A DNA stretch of 62,440 nucleotides, counting the filler, from Diploschistes diacapsis (lineage: Eukaryota), in assembly GCA_023645945.1 (NCBI GenBank). It is 8 parts of 8 records of this genome, joined end to end, with 100 filler letters (N's around TTAATTAATTAA, not from the genome) between each part and the next. Parts side by side here need not be neighbours in the genome. Positions count along the whole stretch, not along the records: positions 32,427 to 37,361 come from JALAIB010001631.1; positions 37,462 to 42,385 come from JALAIB010001632.1; positions 42,486 to 47,408 come from JALAIB010001633.1; 5 more parts are not named here. One strand, 5' to 3'. A program made the position numbers and the translations under genes. The notes under the pieces are model-generated. The model was not told where the DNA came from and ran no database searches. It saw nothing but the letters and a program-made list of their open reading frames with translations. Positions 36,356-47,508 of the stretch are shown one piece after another. Positions within the stretch are counted from its first letter, which is position 1, and each line of letters begins with the position of its first letter.

Positions 36356-37361
36356 ATGGCCACCCAAAGAAAAACAAAGCCCGGCGAAGAATCGCACGTT
36401 ACAGATTCTGACCCGAAGAGGAGAAACTCTAAGTCTACTCAGAATGTCAAGCGCAAGCCTCAACCAGAAAAGGATTCGGAAGAGCTTCGTTTGGAAAATT
36501 TGGTGTTTGGGGACGATGCCGGTTTTATAGAAGCTCTTGGAACACAGGCAGCGCACTTGTCAGATGCATCCTCAATAAACTCAGATGCCGCAGAGGATGA
36601 GGAAAATCGCTCCGATTATGACAGAGGAGAAGACGTTGAAGAACTTGCGGATGCAGATGTGTGTGCCACTGAACGAGCCAAAGCAACTAGCTGATCCCTA
36701 AGCTCTTCTTTATAGATTCCGGCATACCCCAGAAAGACACAAAGGGCCCAGCTCTCGAGCACTCGGAAGATAGCGCGGCGCTGTCTTTGGAAGGCGAAGC
36801 TCCAGCGTGGATTGATAGCGAGGATGAGCGGATCGTGGTTTCGCTAGCCTCTGACACGCGTCTGCGTAAGCTACGCTTGACAGAGGGCGAGGACCTTATC
36901 AATGGAAAAGAGTACATAAAGCGCCTGCAGCAACAATTTGAGAGACTCTACCCGCGGCCGGACTGGGCGGACGCTTCAACAACCCAGAAGCCTCGCAAAA
37001 AGCGACGGGGTACATCAGCACCGGAAAGCAGTGAAGATGGGGAAGACTCAGACGCCATGTCTGTTGATCTCGAAGACATCTCCTTACAGCCGCTGTCCAA
37101 GCTTTTGCAGTCTGCTGCTCCTCTAACGAAGGCCTTCAACACGGATTCTGCGTACAGAAAGCTCCGTCCAGACACTATAGACGTCCAACGAACAAAAGAC
37201 ATAGGAGGGGTACAACCAGTGAGACTATCACTTCCAATTATTTAGCAACGACTAATCACGAATTCTATACGACAGTCAGGTATAACCTCCCTATCCTTCC
37301 ATCCCCAGCACCCCATCCTCCTCTCTTCCGGCTTTTCCTCCCTCCTGACCCTCCACCACCT
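36356..37361 (+). CDS. UTP18: U3 snoRNP WD40 protein Utp18, 3'-partial (cut by contig end)
   Basis: KDSEELRLENLVFGD, LFFIDSG, PAWIDSEDERIVVSLASDTRLRKLRLTEGEDLINGKEYIKRLQQQFERLYPRPDWA, and the start of a WD repeat (ITSLSFHPQHPILLSSG). Introns near 36659 and 37219. Confidence 0.88.
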
Positions 37362-37461
37362 NNNNNNNNNNNNNNNNNNNNNNNNNNNNNNNNNNNNNNN
37401 NNNNNTTAATTAATTAANNNNNNNNNNNNNNNNNNNNNNNNNNNNNNNNNNNNNNNNNNNN
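37362..37461. other. Artificial contig spacer
   Basis: 44N-TTAATTAATTAA-44N. Confidence 0.98.
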
Positions 37462-38019
37462 GAAAATAATTATATATTTTAAACTAATCTTAAAAAAATT
37501 TTAATAATAAACATAACCAATATAGATTAATGTATAATAATAATATAAAACATTTATAAAAAAGAAGTCTCAGAATAATAAACCTGTTTTAAAAAAAATT
37601 TATATACTCGAGTTCTCGATAAGACATTAGGTTTTACTTTTTTACTTTTAAAGAAGCGAGAGGAATGCCTATAGTAGTTCTTATAAAATGAAGGGAGCGA
37701 CTTTTTTTGCTTTTTTAATGCCGTATAGAGCGACGCCGTTCGCTTTAATAAATCACGTGACCCAGAGTCTACGCGAGGTTCCTAACTGAGTGGCTGGGAC
37801 GTGATAGGTAGATACCTGGATTATAACATTTACGCGGACTCGATATTAACTCGTCGTTAACACTACACGATTACTTTAATTATTAAAGAAACTAGCGTTA
37901 TTTAATCACCGCATTATTTAGTTTGCGAGATAGCCGTAACTTGAATTTTCTCCTTCATAGTAGTTTTAGCTAACAAAGATACATTCTCACGCGGGCTTTG
38001 CTGCTTTGTATATGTTAAA

Positions 38020-38420
38020 AGGTGGAAGTGGGGTGACTAATTAGGCGGTGAATAAAGCAGTATTATTGTAGGAGGTATAGAATGAAGATATAGTACTAAT
38101 GTAGCTAATTAATATATGGACGGAGATGAAGATGAAAGCTGTAGATGTTGGGAGATGAAAGATCTTTTATAGATACTTTCATCTGCTATTACTAGTAATT
38201 AGTATTATTTAGTAATCATCGATAATGTTGGATCTCTTAATTTAATATTGTTTGTCCCAGCATCAGCATCCATGGATCAAGATATTGGATCTAGTTATCC
38301 AACATTTATTGGATATATGGTCCAAATATTATTGGATCATTAATCTAATAATGATTTAATAATCCAAACATCGTTCCTAAAAGCCTCCGGCTACTAGTAG
38401 AACGATCGATCATTGCTAGT
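38020..38420 (-). mobile_element. Dispersed LTR-like repeat, copy A
   Basis: Reverse complement of 46978-47375. Shared segments include actagcaatgatcgatc..ctactagtagc and gaaagtatctataaaagatctttcatctccca. Confidence 0.75.
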
Positions 38421-38502
38421 AGTATAAACACAGGGCGCGCTGTCTAGGAACATCCCCCATGCTGTTATAGGTAGGTGGTTGCACATACGCATACTAGAGG
38501 AA

Positions 38503-38801
38503 TGTAACGTGACATAGCAGAGATGAGCATAGTTATGAGGGACTGTAGTAAGGTGTAAGATGCATGAATTATCTAGAGCTACTGACAGGCCTCCTTAAAT
38601 GGAGCAGTCCAGAGGGGACCACTCCCACCAAGCCTAAGATATAACTTTTTTGTTTACAGTAAGACCCTCGATGATGTTATATAAGGTTTAGACCAATCTA
38701 GAATGTCTAGAGCCTTCGGGTCCATTAGATGCTTGGTCAGACAGACTAACACATTTAGGTTAATCATCTGACAGCATAGGTGATTATTATCGCTCGTTAC
38801 A
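38503..38801. mobile_element. Putative solo LTR (299 bp)
   Basis: Termini TGTAACG...CGTTACA form a 7-bp inverted repeat, with a TATA-like ttatataa inside. No target-site duplication is visible. Confidence 0.5.
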
Positions 38802-39254
38802 GTTTCTATTTTTTTAATTTTAAAAGAACGAAAGAAGCGATAATAGTAATTTTTATAAAATAAAAGGAGCGATGTTTTCTCTTTTTTTGGAATATCGGGT
38901 GCGACGTCGTATGTTTTAATAATTCACTTGACCGGTGGCATACGCGAGTTTCCTAAGTGAGTGGCTAGGACCTGATAGGTAGATACTTGGATCGTAATAC
39001 ATGGGTCCAATAAATGATAAATAATTAGATCCAATATTTATGCTGGATTATAAAGCAAATAATGTTGGATTAGAAGATGCAACATTATCGAAGATTAACG
39101 TGTTTCACTACATAACGGATCACACCACAAAGCGGCTTATTATATTATAATGTAATTGCGCTAGATAGTTTTAAGCGAGCTTTTGAGCCCCATAACCACA
39201 CATGAAATTATCTGTACGAAAGGTGAAACTGTTTAGAAATAAATTTTACGAAGG

Positions 39255-39981
39255 TGCAGGGATTGTAACCCGCTTTGTGGTGTAACCCGTTATGTGGTGA
39301 AACACGTTAACGCAGAATTCCAAGAGATCTCCGAAAGGGACCTGATCGAAGCGAACTTTGCCAAAGTCAATTCGTAAGTAACCATTGTCTTTGCAGAAAT
39401 CTAAACCTCCTAACCAATTAATCGAGAAGCTCACCATTGATTTCTTGCAGGTATAAGAACTTCAGATGCACATCGCATAACAAACTCTTCGAACTGAACC
39501 TGTACCAGAAAGAACCAGTCAATAGACATCACTGGCGCGCAAACATCGCCAGGCCAGCGGCAGACATCGACCTTGGTGCGAGCAGTAATGAGCAAGTTGC
39601 TGGACAAGGAACTGCAAGCGATGACACCACAATCGAGGGTCGACAACCAAGCACAATTCAAACGAATATAGACGACGATATCAAAGTGGACAGCGCGAAA
39701 CCAGCTACGGACCTTGATGATTCTATTGCGAGAGTTCTCGCAAAGATACCCAAAATGAATCTCCAAGAGGCTACAGAGGATGTGAGTAGTACTAGTCTTC
39801 ATGAGAGGGCTGGACGAATGCCAGCGACGGTGTCTGGAGATTTACTGAAGGAGGAGGAGGAGGATGTTAAAGCGATGATTATGGCAGGGGGGGATATGGG
39901 TCATATGATGATGAAAGACAGGATTTGGATTACACGGCTTGTTCTCTAGAGTGTGGTTATTGTGGGCATTGTGATTATTGA
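39255..39981 (+). pseudogene. 5'-truncated hypothetical fungal gene with Cys-rich C-terminus
   Basis: CNPLCGVTRYVV..SERDLIEANFAKVNS|intron (gtaagt ~39374 to cag 39450)|YKNFRCTSHNKLFELNLYQKEPVNRHHWRANIARPAADIDL. In another frame it ends DYTACSLECGYCGHCDY* (TGA 39979-39981). No start codon was found before the AT-rich repeat tract. Confidence 0.55.
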
Positions 39982-40049
39982 GGTCACTGCCGCATTCCAA
40001 ATGATTCCAAGAAAGAGACGGGTTTCACAAGCAAGGCAGTTTTAGTAGA

Positions 40050-40967
40050 TGGTGCTCTCTCATGACTTCGTCATCTTATTCTCCATGTATAGTAATGCCA
40101 TATGAAATTACCCGCCAATTTAGATATATGCCCCTTCAAACTGCTTCGTTGCGTCCTTTCTGTCTCAGGACTGAAGAGCTGTTAAAGTCTTCAATTGAGC
40201 TTCGTGTTAACTTCCTCCAACACACCTCTCGTGCGGTGTATCCACGGCGTTGATACGCCCTCTTCAATAGCTCATATTGTCTGATTGGGTCTTCCTCAGA
40301 AGCGATTAGGGCTCTAGGACCCTCCTTACACGCGCCGTAAATCAGCCCCTCGATGAATTCCAGCTCTTTTGCATGTGTTCTGGATCAGGTGCCGAAGGCA
40401 GCAGGTGTTTCACCCACGACGGCGACAGGTGTTGTGGTTTTGCCCTGCAGGATTGCATTTACACCTCTTACTAGGCATTGAGCCCTGATCCACCCTGCCC
40501 AGGCTTCAAAATTCGACGAGCCTTCAAGGAGTGGAGCCTTGGCGAAATCAGGTGTTGACATGATGACAGTTTCAGTGGGAAAAGTCGTGATTTGTACTGA
40601 ATTTGGGTAAGGATTGGACGTTATCTCGAAGGACTTGTAGGGCTGTAAGGAATCGTCTTCCTTTTTGATGCTTGACATGCGGTATCGTTTTAACACAGCT
40701 CAGGTGCTTTGCAGGAAAAAAATTTCACTGCAGCTGCAACACAGCATTTCTACACCCAGTGGTGTAGGACGTACAATAGGAAGCTAATGCAGTAAAGAAT
40801 TGAGCGAAATAGTACTCAAGAGCTTCAGCTTCCGGGCTCATAACCTGTTGGAATATTGTGCGTGTCTTTGCTAACAGAAGCTACAGGCGTGCTATATGTG
40901 CGCAGTGCCAAGCACTAGCGTGCAGGGCGCTAAACCTATTTGAGGTGCAACACCTCAAATTCCAACA
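40050..40967 (-). mobile_element. Ty1/Copia LTR-retrotransposon 5' remnant (LTR, PBS, disrupted gag)
   Basis: 122-bp LTR at 40846-40967 with 9-bp inverted ends TGTTGGAAT..ATTCCAACA. PBS GGTTATGAGCCC follows immediately (40845-40834). Gag starts at ATG 40561 (MSTPDFAKAPLLEGSSNFEAW) with an in-frame TGA at 40385. No pol is seen. Confidence 0.85.
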
Positions 40968-42385
40968 ATATTGCCCGACCAAAACTCGAAAGCGCCCATT
41001 GCAATCCTCGACGGCCTTGCGCAACGAAAATTGATCCGGGACATCAACACGGTCCAGGGCGCCTCGAATTGGTTGTCTCCAAAGTCGTTAATGCGTTTTG
41101 TAGAAGACATTCGGATACGGTCGAGAACTCGAGAGAATTCCTCGGCTATAAATATAGAGGATAAGTATGTGGTCTAGATCATGTACAGTGCCTCCGCATC
41201 TGGCCTGCCGAAAATGGGTCGCGCGGATCGGCGGCTTAGTCATTCATTTAACCCAAATTAATTAAGCGTATCATATTTGTTTTCAATTGAAAGTCATCAG
41301 TACATACTATCTTAGCTACTTAACGCCTTCTCCGTACTCTTGCCATATTCACAATGGGTATTTCCGCCAACGATTTCCTATCATGGCCTACGAATGGACT
41401 GCGATAGGTCTCATATGATTTGCATTTTCTAGAAGTTTCGTCTGGTCAGACGCGAAAAGGGGTGTTCCGGCCCTAGCACGTCATCATGCCTTAGGGCGTG
41501 TTGATATACTCGTTTTGCTTCGGAGATAAGTTTTTGTTTCTATAAACATCATGCTAGGTTATATGCAGCTTGCAAAGTATCTGGGTAATAAAACCCGTAT
41601 AAAGAACTTAAGTTGTTAAGAATCTCAACGAAATACTACTATGTTTCTTTATATTGGCCCTGAATGCTTCGCAGTATTCCGAAACTCTCGCGTACCCTCG
41701 ACGTGGACGGATGCTTATAATTAAGTTTCCGTTCGTTCGATTAAAGGACCTTTCGGATTAAGTCTTCCGCCTCAGCTAAACGGTTTTCTTTTATTATAAT
41801 AGATGTTAATTCATCTATAATATCCAGCGTAAGGGGATAATTAAAACCCAATTTTATTTTCCTAGACGATAACGCTCCTTTTGTAAAGGGTAGAATACGA
41901 CAATGTGGCAAGATGGCTATACGCAGGGCAGATTCATGCTAGGACTAATTACTAAAGAAGAGGAGAGAGTAAGAAGGGCATAATCCCCCTTCAAGTACCA
42001 GCAAGCCAAGACCCTGAGCGCCGCTTGTCCGACTCTTGGCATGCTACTAGCTTGGCCTTACAACGGGTTACTCGACTCGAATAGCGTCGAATCGGGTTGG
42101 TTAGTTCTAGAACGGCTCGAAACGCCTGATTAAATTTTTATTAGCCTTTTGCAGTTCGGTCGTATTTGGAAAAGAATTATATAATAAGGATAAATCTAAA
42201 TCGAATTGATTCGAGGTTAAAAAAGGGCTATAAAATGGAAGTAAAGGGGTCCGATAGGTTGAATAAAGTTTATTAAACACGATTTTAAGATTAAGAAATT
42301 ATAATTCAATATTCATGAAACCTATCTAAACGTTTCGATTTATAACAGCTCGATTCCGAATTATTAAAAACAATTCGATCTATTT

Positions 42386-42485
42386 NNNNNNNNNNNNNNN
42401 NNNNNNNNNNNNNNNNNNNNNNNNNNNNNTTAATTAATTAANNNNNNNNNNNNNNNNNNNNNNNNNNNNNNNNNNNNNNNNNNNN
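42386..42485. other. Artificial contig spacer
   Basis: 44N-TTAATTAATTAA-44N. Confidence 0.98.
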
Positions 42486-42694
42486 TTCAGTTCAGCCAAT
42501 CCAACCCTTGACTGATACTTTTCGGAGTTAATTTCTTATCTACGGTTTTTTCTGCGCCCATAAACACACTAATATGCCAATATAGTCCTGCGCTTCGCTT
42601 AGGAATAACCGAATGTTACCGAGCCGCATCAAAAGTAGCTAGCCCGCTTTAGGATTAGGCCAGGTTGCCGAGCCTTGAAGTGACAGAATATTCG

Positions 42695-42762
42695 TGTCAG
42701 CAGTGGGAATCGAACCCACGACCTTCAAAGAGGTCCATCCACACCCATTCGACCACGCTGCC
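42695..42762 (-). pseudogene. tRNA-derived element (Leu/Ser-type) lacking an anticodon arm; possible SINE head
   Basis: Minus strand reads GGCAGCG TGGTCGAATGG GTGTGGATG GACCTCTTTGAAGGTC GTGGGTTCGATTCCCAC TGCTGACA: acceptor stem, A box, long variable-arm hairpin, T arm and B box. Confidence 0.7.
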
Positions 42763-42817
42763 AACCTCTCTCAGCAGTTTTGCAGGTCAATAACAGGAGC
42801 ATATGAAAGACGAAGCC

Positions 42818-42818
<1 letters not shown>

Positions 42819-42848
<30 letters not shown>

Positions 42849-42857
42849 AAGAAGAAG
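42819..42857. repeat. (AAG)13 microsatellite
   Basis: Perfect trinucleotide run. Confidence 0.95.
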
Positions 42858-44514
42858 AAAAGGGTAGCGTTGCTTGTGGGAATGTGCAATGTGCAAAACA
42901 GGGGCATGTGAACCCAGCATCATATGCCTGCTGGCTCGACTCCCATGGATCGCCTTGTAGCGGAAGACCCCGGGGAGCAATCCGCACTGTTCATTAGGCC
43001 AGACACTGAAGAGAGCTCACTAAATAAGGGTTTCGTCTGCGCAATGTTCGCTGTCATTCACAAAGCTTCGCCGGGAGGAAAAACCTTGAGAATCATGGAT
43101 CATCAGTACCTGTACAAAGAAAGATAAACTGAGTGTGTACACCTTTCAGCATTGTAATCCATAATCTCTTTTTCCGAAGAGGAAAGAATGAGCTGGAAAG
43201 CAAGGCAGTTCTTATAGAAGCGACAAGGGATTGCAATGCCGGACCGGGGCAAAGGCAGGGCGCGTACTTTACTGCGGCCACTGTCTCAAAACCCCAAAAT
43301 AGCAACAGAATTATGACCTCTATCCCGACACACGGAGTGTGACCTTTCGAAGATATCAAAGATGGTGGGTGGTATTTAGTGAAAGGAGTGTGAAGAACGA
43401 GGTACGAGGCAAGACAAGACGTAGTGCTGAGTGGTGGAGAACAACCCTTCTAGTTGATTTATCTAAAATTCCTGGTCTGAGCATAGGAAAGAATGAACAC
43501 AAGGAAATCTATAGTAACAAGAGGAATCTGTACATGTTGCTTTCCCAATGCGCCTTCCCTCCAAAAACACCTTGTCGACCAGTATAGACAAAAGGATGGC
43601 TTAATTTCTTGCACGTCTTTATTGAACCTGGAACTTACACAATTCCACAACCTTGCCACATGTATTGCCATGATTTTAGCTTATCAGTAGCTGAACCATG
43701 AAGACTGGTAAAGCTCAAAGGTGACGAGGCTTCGCTTGATCATGCTAACTATCTGACTCGAAGTATTGAGCCCTTGGAGACGTTAGATGAGTGATTTGCA
43801 GTCTTCCTTAAGGAAGCCAATGTTCTCTCCTATCGGTACCTCATCCCCCGAAGCTCCAACTCCAGGGCTTCCTTTGCAACGCTGAGCCAGTCGTTGAAAT
43901 TCAGAGTAGAGAGAAGCCTTAGGATTGAGTTCGAAGTTTTCGTAATGAGGAAAGAACTTCGACCTTGTGGACGCGAGTATGACTGCCTTTGTTTCGATTG
44001 TCTTGCGAGCCGTTCGGATTAGCGAGCGGGGACTCCATGAGCAAAATACTCCTTATATGAACACGTTCTGGACGACAACTTTGTAGAGCCTGATGCCTCT
44101 CCCGCTTGCCGCGAAACATATTTTACTCGAATTTCTTGTTGTGAAATAACTGTCAACAAAACGTTCCACCACGAAATCAGCTCACTATTCTATAGTCTAA
44201 ACCACTTCAACTTTACCACATGCGACTCTGAGCGCATTTACCTCGGCCCTAGACCAAATTAAAGGCAACAACGCAAATCTGCATTCGACATATCTATATC
44301 CGTTTCCTTTGTATCATGATCTAAGCACAGTTCACTTCACCCTCAAGAATGATCACTTGTGCATCCTTGCGAAGATCCAAAGCGACTGCACCAATTGGGG
44401 AAGCTCACAACGTCCTCAGGCAGCACATATGCCATGATACTTGAGTTCGATACACCCAACATCCCCCCACATCGTTTAATTATTAGCGTCGGTCAATACC
44501 CATTTAGAACAATC

Positions 44515-45030
44515 ATGTCCCTACAAAAGATTACCGTTGTGGTGCATAGTGACGGTCCCAGGACTGCTCTAAAAAGGGACGTAGAGCGTCGCAGACGAAC
44601 AATCAATATAATAAAACAAACGGAAGAATCAGAATTCGACAGGTCTTTTAGCGACATTGGAAATGATAATCATCGTTACTGCGGCCATTGTTATAACGAT
44701 GATAGTCATGATGGCGATGATTATGAAACTGAGAATGATAGCGACTTTTGGAGAAGGGCGACGACCCAAAACCTACTGATCCGTGTGAAACCGAAGAGTA
44801 TTGATACAAGTGTGTTTACGTCTGTCGCAGAAGCATGCAAGTGTCTTGTATCCCAAAGTGCTCGGAACAAATCGTGTGGCCTTTGCTTAATCCAGCTCAT
44901 GCAGGAGTTGCCAAAAGAGCTCGATCAAATCTTGAGTGATAAGAACAGTCACCCCATCACCTGCAATCACTACTTCAGTATCGAATGTTGGAATGGAGTA
45001 TGTGTATGCCGGAAGTTCATGGGCCGCTAA
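44515..45030 (+). CDS. Hypothetical 171-aa protein with degenerate C-terminal RING-H2-like motif
   Basis: ATG at 44515 (MSLQK), an acidic middle, then CGLC...TCNHYFSIECWNGVCVCRK, which resembles a shortened CxxC..CxHxFHxxC..W..CPxCR. Confidence 0.45.
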   Translation: MSLQKITVVVHSDGPRTALKRDVERRRRTINIIKQTEESEFDRSFSDIGNDNHRYCGHCYNDDSHDGDDYETENDSDFWRRATTQNLLIRVKPKSIDTSVFTSVAEACKCLVSQSARNKSCGLCLIQLMQELPKELDQILSDKNSHPITCNHYFSIECWNGVCVCRKFMGR

Positions 45031-45625
45031 AACGACAGTTGGCGCTCTGTTTGGTTGAAAGCCTTGGGGATGAAGTTTTAGAGATATCCTTCTTTCGACC
45101 GTATAATATAATTAGTACTTAGATGCCCGTTCACTCTGCGTATCCGATAGAATGAAGCTCGCTGGCCCATATTGGGAGTAACATCTACTATGAGTGGCAG
45201 GTATCTTTGTATTAAAGAAAATGTAGTAAAGATCTCCCTTCACTTAATCCAGTATAACGCTTAAATTTGAGCTAGTTTTATTCTATCGGATGGGGAGAGG
45301 TAATTCCGGTTTGTTCATCCGCAAATGATCAGGCTTAACACGATTGCATTTTTACATTCAATCTTCACATAGAGCTGCCTTTCAAGGTTTAGTCATTTAG
45401 ATGAGCCGCTGTTGAATCTTTTGCTACTGTAATCGTCTATCTTGTGACTCCAAGTATTTATCTTGCCTTCAGAGGATCTCCGTAAATAATCCCTCGCCAC
45501 CTAATATAATCTCTCAACTTGACATGTTTTTATGGCATAGGTTTGCAAGACACTGCCCTTCATCTTAGCGGCGGCAACGATCATCCTCAGTCACTCCCTC
45601 GACGGCTATGGTTTTTTTAGTTCTC

Positions 45626-46093
45626 TTACGGCCTGTCGTTTCTATTCTTTACTGAAAGACCCTTTTGAGACTTCATAGCGGATTGCACGACGTCGACGAA
45701 TGGCGAACCAGTACTCTTCGAAGTAGAGCTCTTCGAATCAGGATTCTTCGGCAAGGGGTCTGCAGTGACTTTCGAGCCGCTATGGCCAGCATCCCGCAGT
45801 ACCTTGTCACCGCGTCTCATGAGCATCTCGACGGCATCATTGACCAAGTCGCGGGCGTACAAGATGCTCTGGACTTCGGCGTCGCGGGCGTGCAGGGGTT
45901 CATCATAGTCGCGGGCGTAGAGGGACTCGTCGTAGTAGTCGCGGGCGTGCAGGGGCTCATCGTAGTCGCGGGCGTACAATGAATCGTCCAAGTCGCGAGC
46001 GTCGAGAGAGTCGAGATATTTGTCGGAATAAGAGGCTCCAACAGTGGCACCAAGGACCAGCCCGGTGGCAGTAGCGATGGTGGAGAAACGCAT
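45626..46093 (-). CDS. Small secreted protein with six LxARD repeats (Kex2-type pro-domain or peptide precursor candidate)
   Basis: Signal peptide MRFSTIATATGLVLGATVGA, repeats LDARD/LYARD/LHARD/LYARD/LHARD/LYARD, a dibasic MRR, then a Ser/Lys-rich 61-aa tail. TATA-like tataag ~150 bp upstream; codons are strongly GC3-biased. Confidence 0.85.
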   Translation of the reverse strand: MRFSTIATATGLVLGATVGASYSDKYLDSLDARDLDDSLYARDYDEPLHARDYYDESLYARDYDEPLHARDAEVQSILYARDLVNDAVEMLMRRGDKVLRDAGHSGSKVTADPLPKNPDSKSSTSKSTGSPFVDVVQSAMKSQKGLSVKNRNDRP

Positions 46094-46977
46094 GGTGATT
46101 ATTCAGAAAGTTGAAATAAATAATAAAAGGTTGATAAAGATAGGTCGACAGGGATGTAATTATAGGGAAAAGATGATGATGCTATGAAATGCTTTGGATG
46201 CTTCTGGTTTGATGATGCTATAGAACGAGGGAGCATGTCTTTCCTTATATACTCGATGCTGAGGCTATCTCGACCGGACTTTAAGAAATAACTAGAACAA
46301 TAGTCGGCGGCGCCTCATAGAAGATCTTCTGTTTGTGTGGCACCGACTAGGGCGGTGCTAACTTTTGTTCCGGGGTTCATTTCCCTCGTGGGCAGCCTAA
46401 GGCATCCCCGTCGGCCGTAAACTGTGCCTCCCAACAAAGAAGATGATTACTGTTAGCAGAAACTAATATCGACGAAAGCACCCCATTGGGCTCAACAACC
46501 CCTTTATTTTGAAGCTTCTATCTTGCAAAAACACTGGTTGTTTTAATATTGTAAATTAATTAGCATACGTGCATGTTCATCATGCTAATTTTCAACGATA
46601 TATGCATGTCGTTATGTCCTGAAGTGCGAAAGTGCGAAGGGTACGAAGAGGCATGAATGCGAAGATGAGTGGGTTGGTGTATAGATGCGTTGTGAAACTT
46701 TTGATTTTTTTATCAGGTAGATGAGTTTATAGACCTTACATGAATCTTTGCTCACTTAATATCCAACGATAAGTGCAGGTCGACCTGTGGTTCAAGAGAG
46801 GAGAACTTAGTAGGTCTCGGCTTTGAGACGATTACTTTTAAAGTACGTTATACAAATGGAATTTTTTGCTATAATATTTTAGACTACGACTCTGACACGC
46901 TAGTTGCGCGGCAACTGGTGCCTGCTTAAGTTTGAATTCTGTTAAATTAATTTTTAGCATTATGCCTTTTCGGGTCT

Positions 46978-47375
46978 TACTAGCAATGATCGATCATTCT
47001 ACTAGTAGCTGGAGGCTACTAGGAAGGATGTTGGGATTATTGGATCATTAATCCAATATTTGGATTAATGATCTAAATAATATTTGGACCATGGATCCAT
47101 TAAATGTTGGATTGTGGGACAAACAATGTTGGATTAGGGGATCCGACATTATCGGAGATTACTAGGTAATATTGATTACTAGTAATAATCAGGTGAAAGT
47201 ATCTATAAAAGATCTTTCATCTCCCACCATCTATAGCTTTAATCTTCATCTCCATCCACTTATCTTCATCTTCATTCTTTATCTCCTACAATAATAATGC
47301 ATTATTATTGTATGCAAGCCACTTATTTCACTAGTCATCACTGCCTATTTAGTCACCCACTTCCACTTTCAACAA
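46978..47375 (+). mobile_element. Dispersed LTR-like repeat, copy B
   Basis: Matches the reverse complement of 38020-38420 on a different contig; contains tataaaa and lies at the contig end. Confidence 0.75.
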
Positions 47376-47408
47376 TAAGACCTTTAGACTTCAATATATA
47401 TATTTATC

Positions 47409-47508
47409 NNNNNNNNNNNNNNNNNNNNNNNNNNNNNNNNNNNNNNNNNNNNTTAATTAATTAANNNNNNNNNNNNNNNNNNNNNNNNNNNNNNNNNNNN
47501 NNNNNNNN
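47409..47508. other. Artificial contig spacer
   Basis: 44N-TTAATTAATTAA-44N. Confidence 0.98.

Larger units (their letters stand above)
37640..39001. repeat. Pair of ~190-bp diverged direct repeats (~37640-37830 and ~38815-39001) bracketing nested TE remnants
   Basis: tacgcgaggttcctaactgagtggctgggacgtgataggtagatacctggat vs tacgcgagtttcctaagtgagtggctaggacctgataggtagatacttggat, with alignable upstream flanks. Confidence 0.8.
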
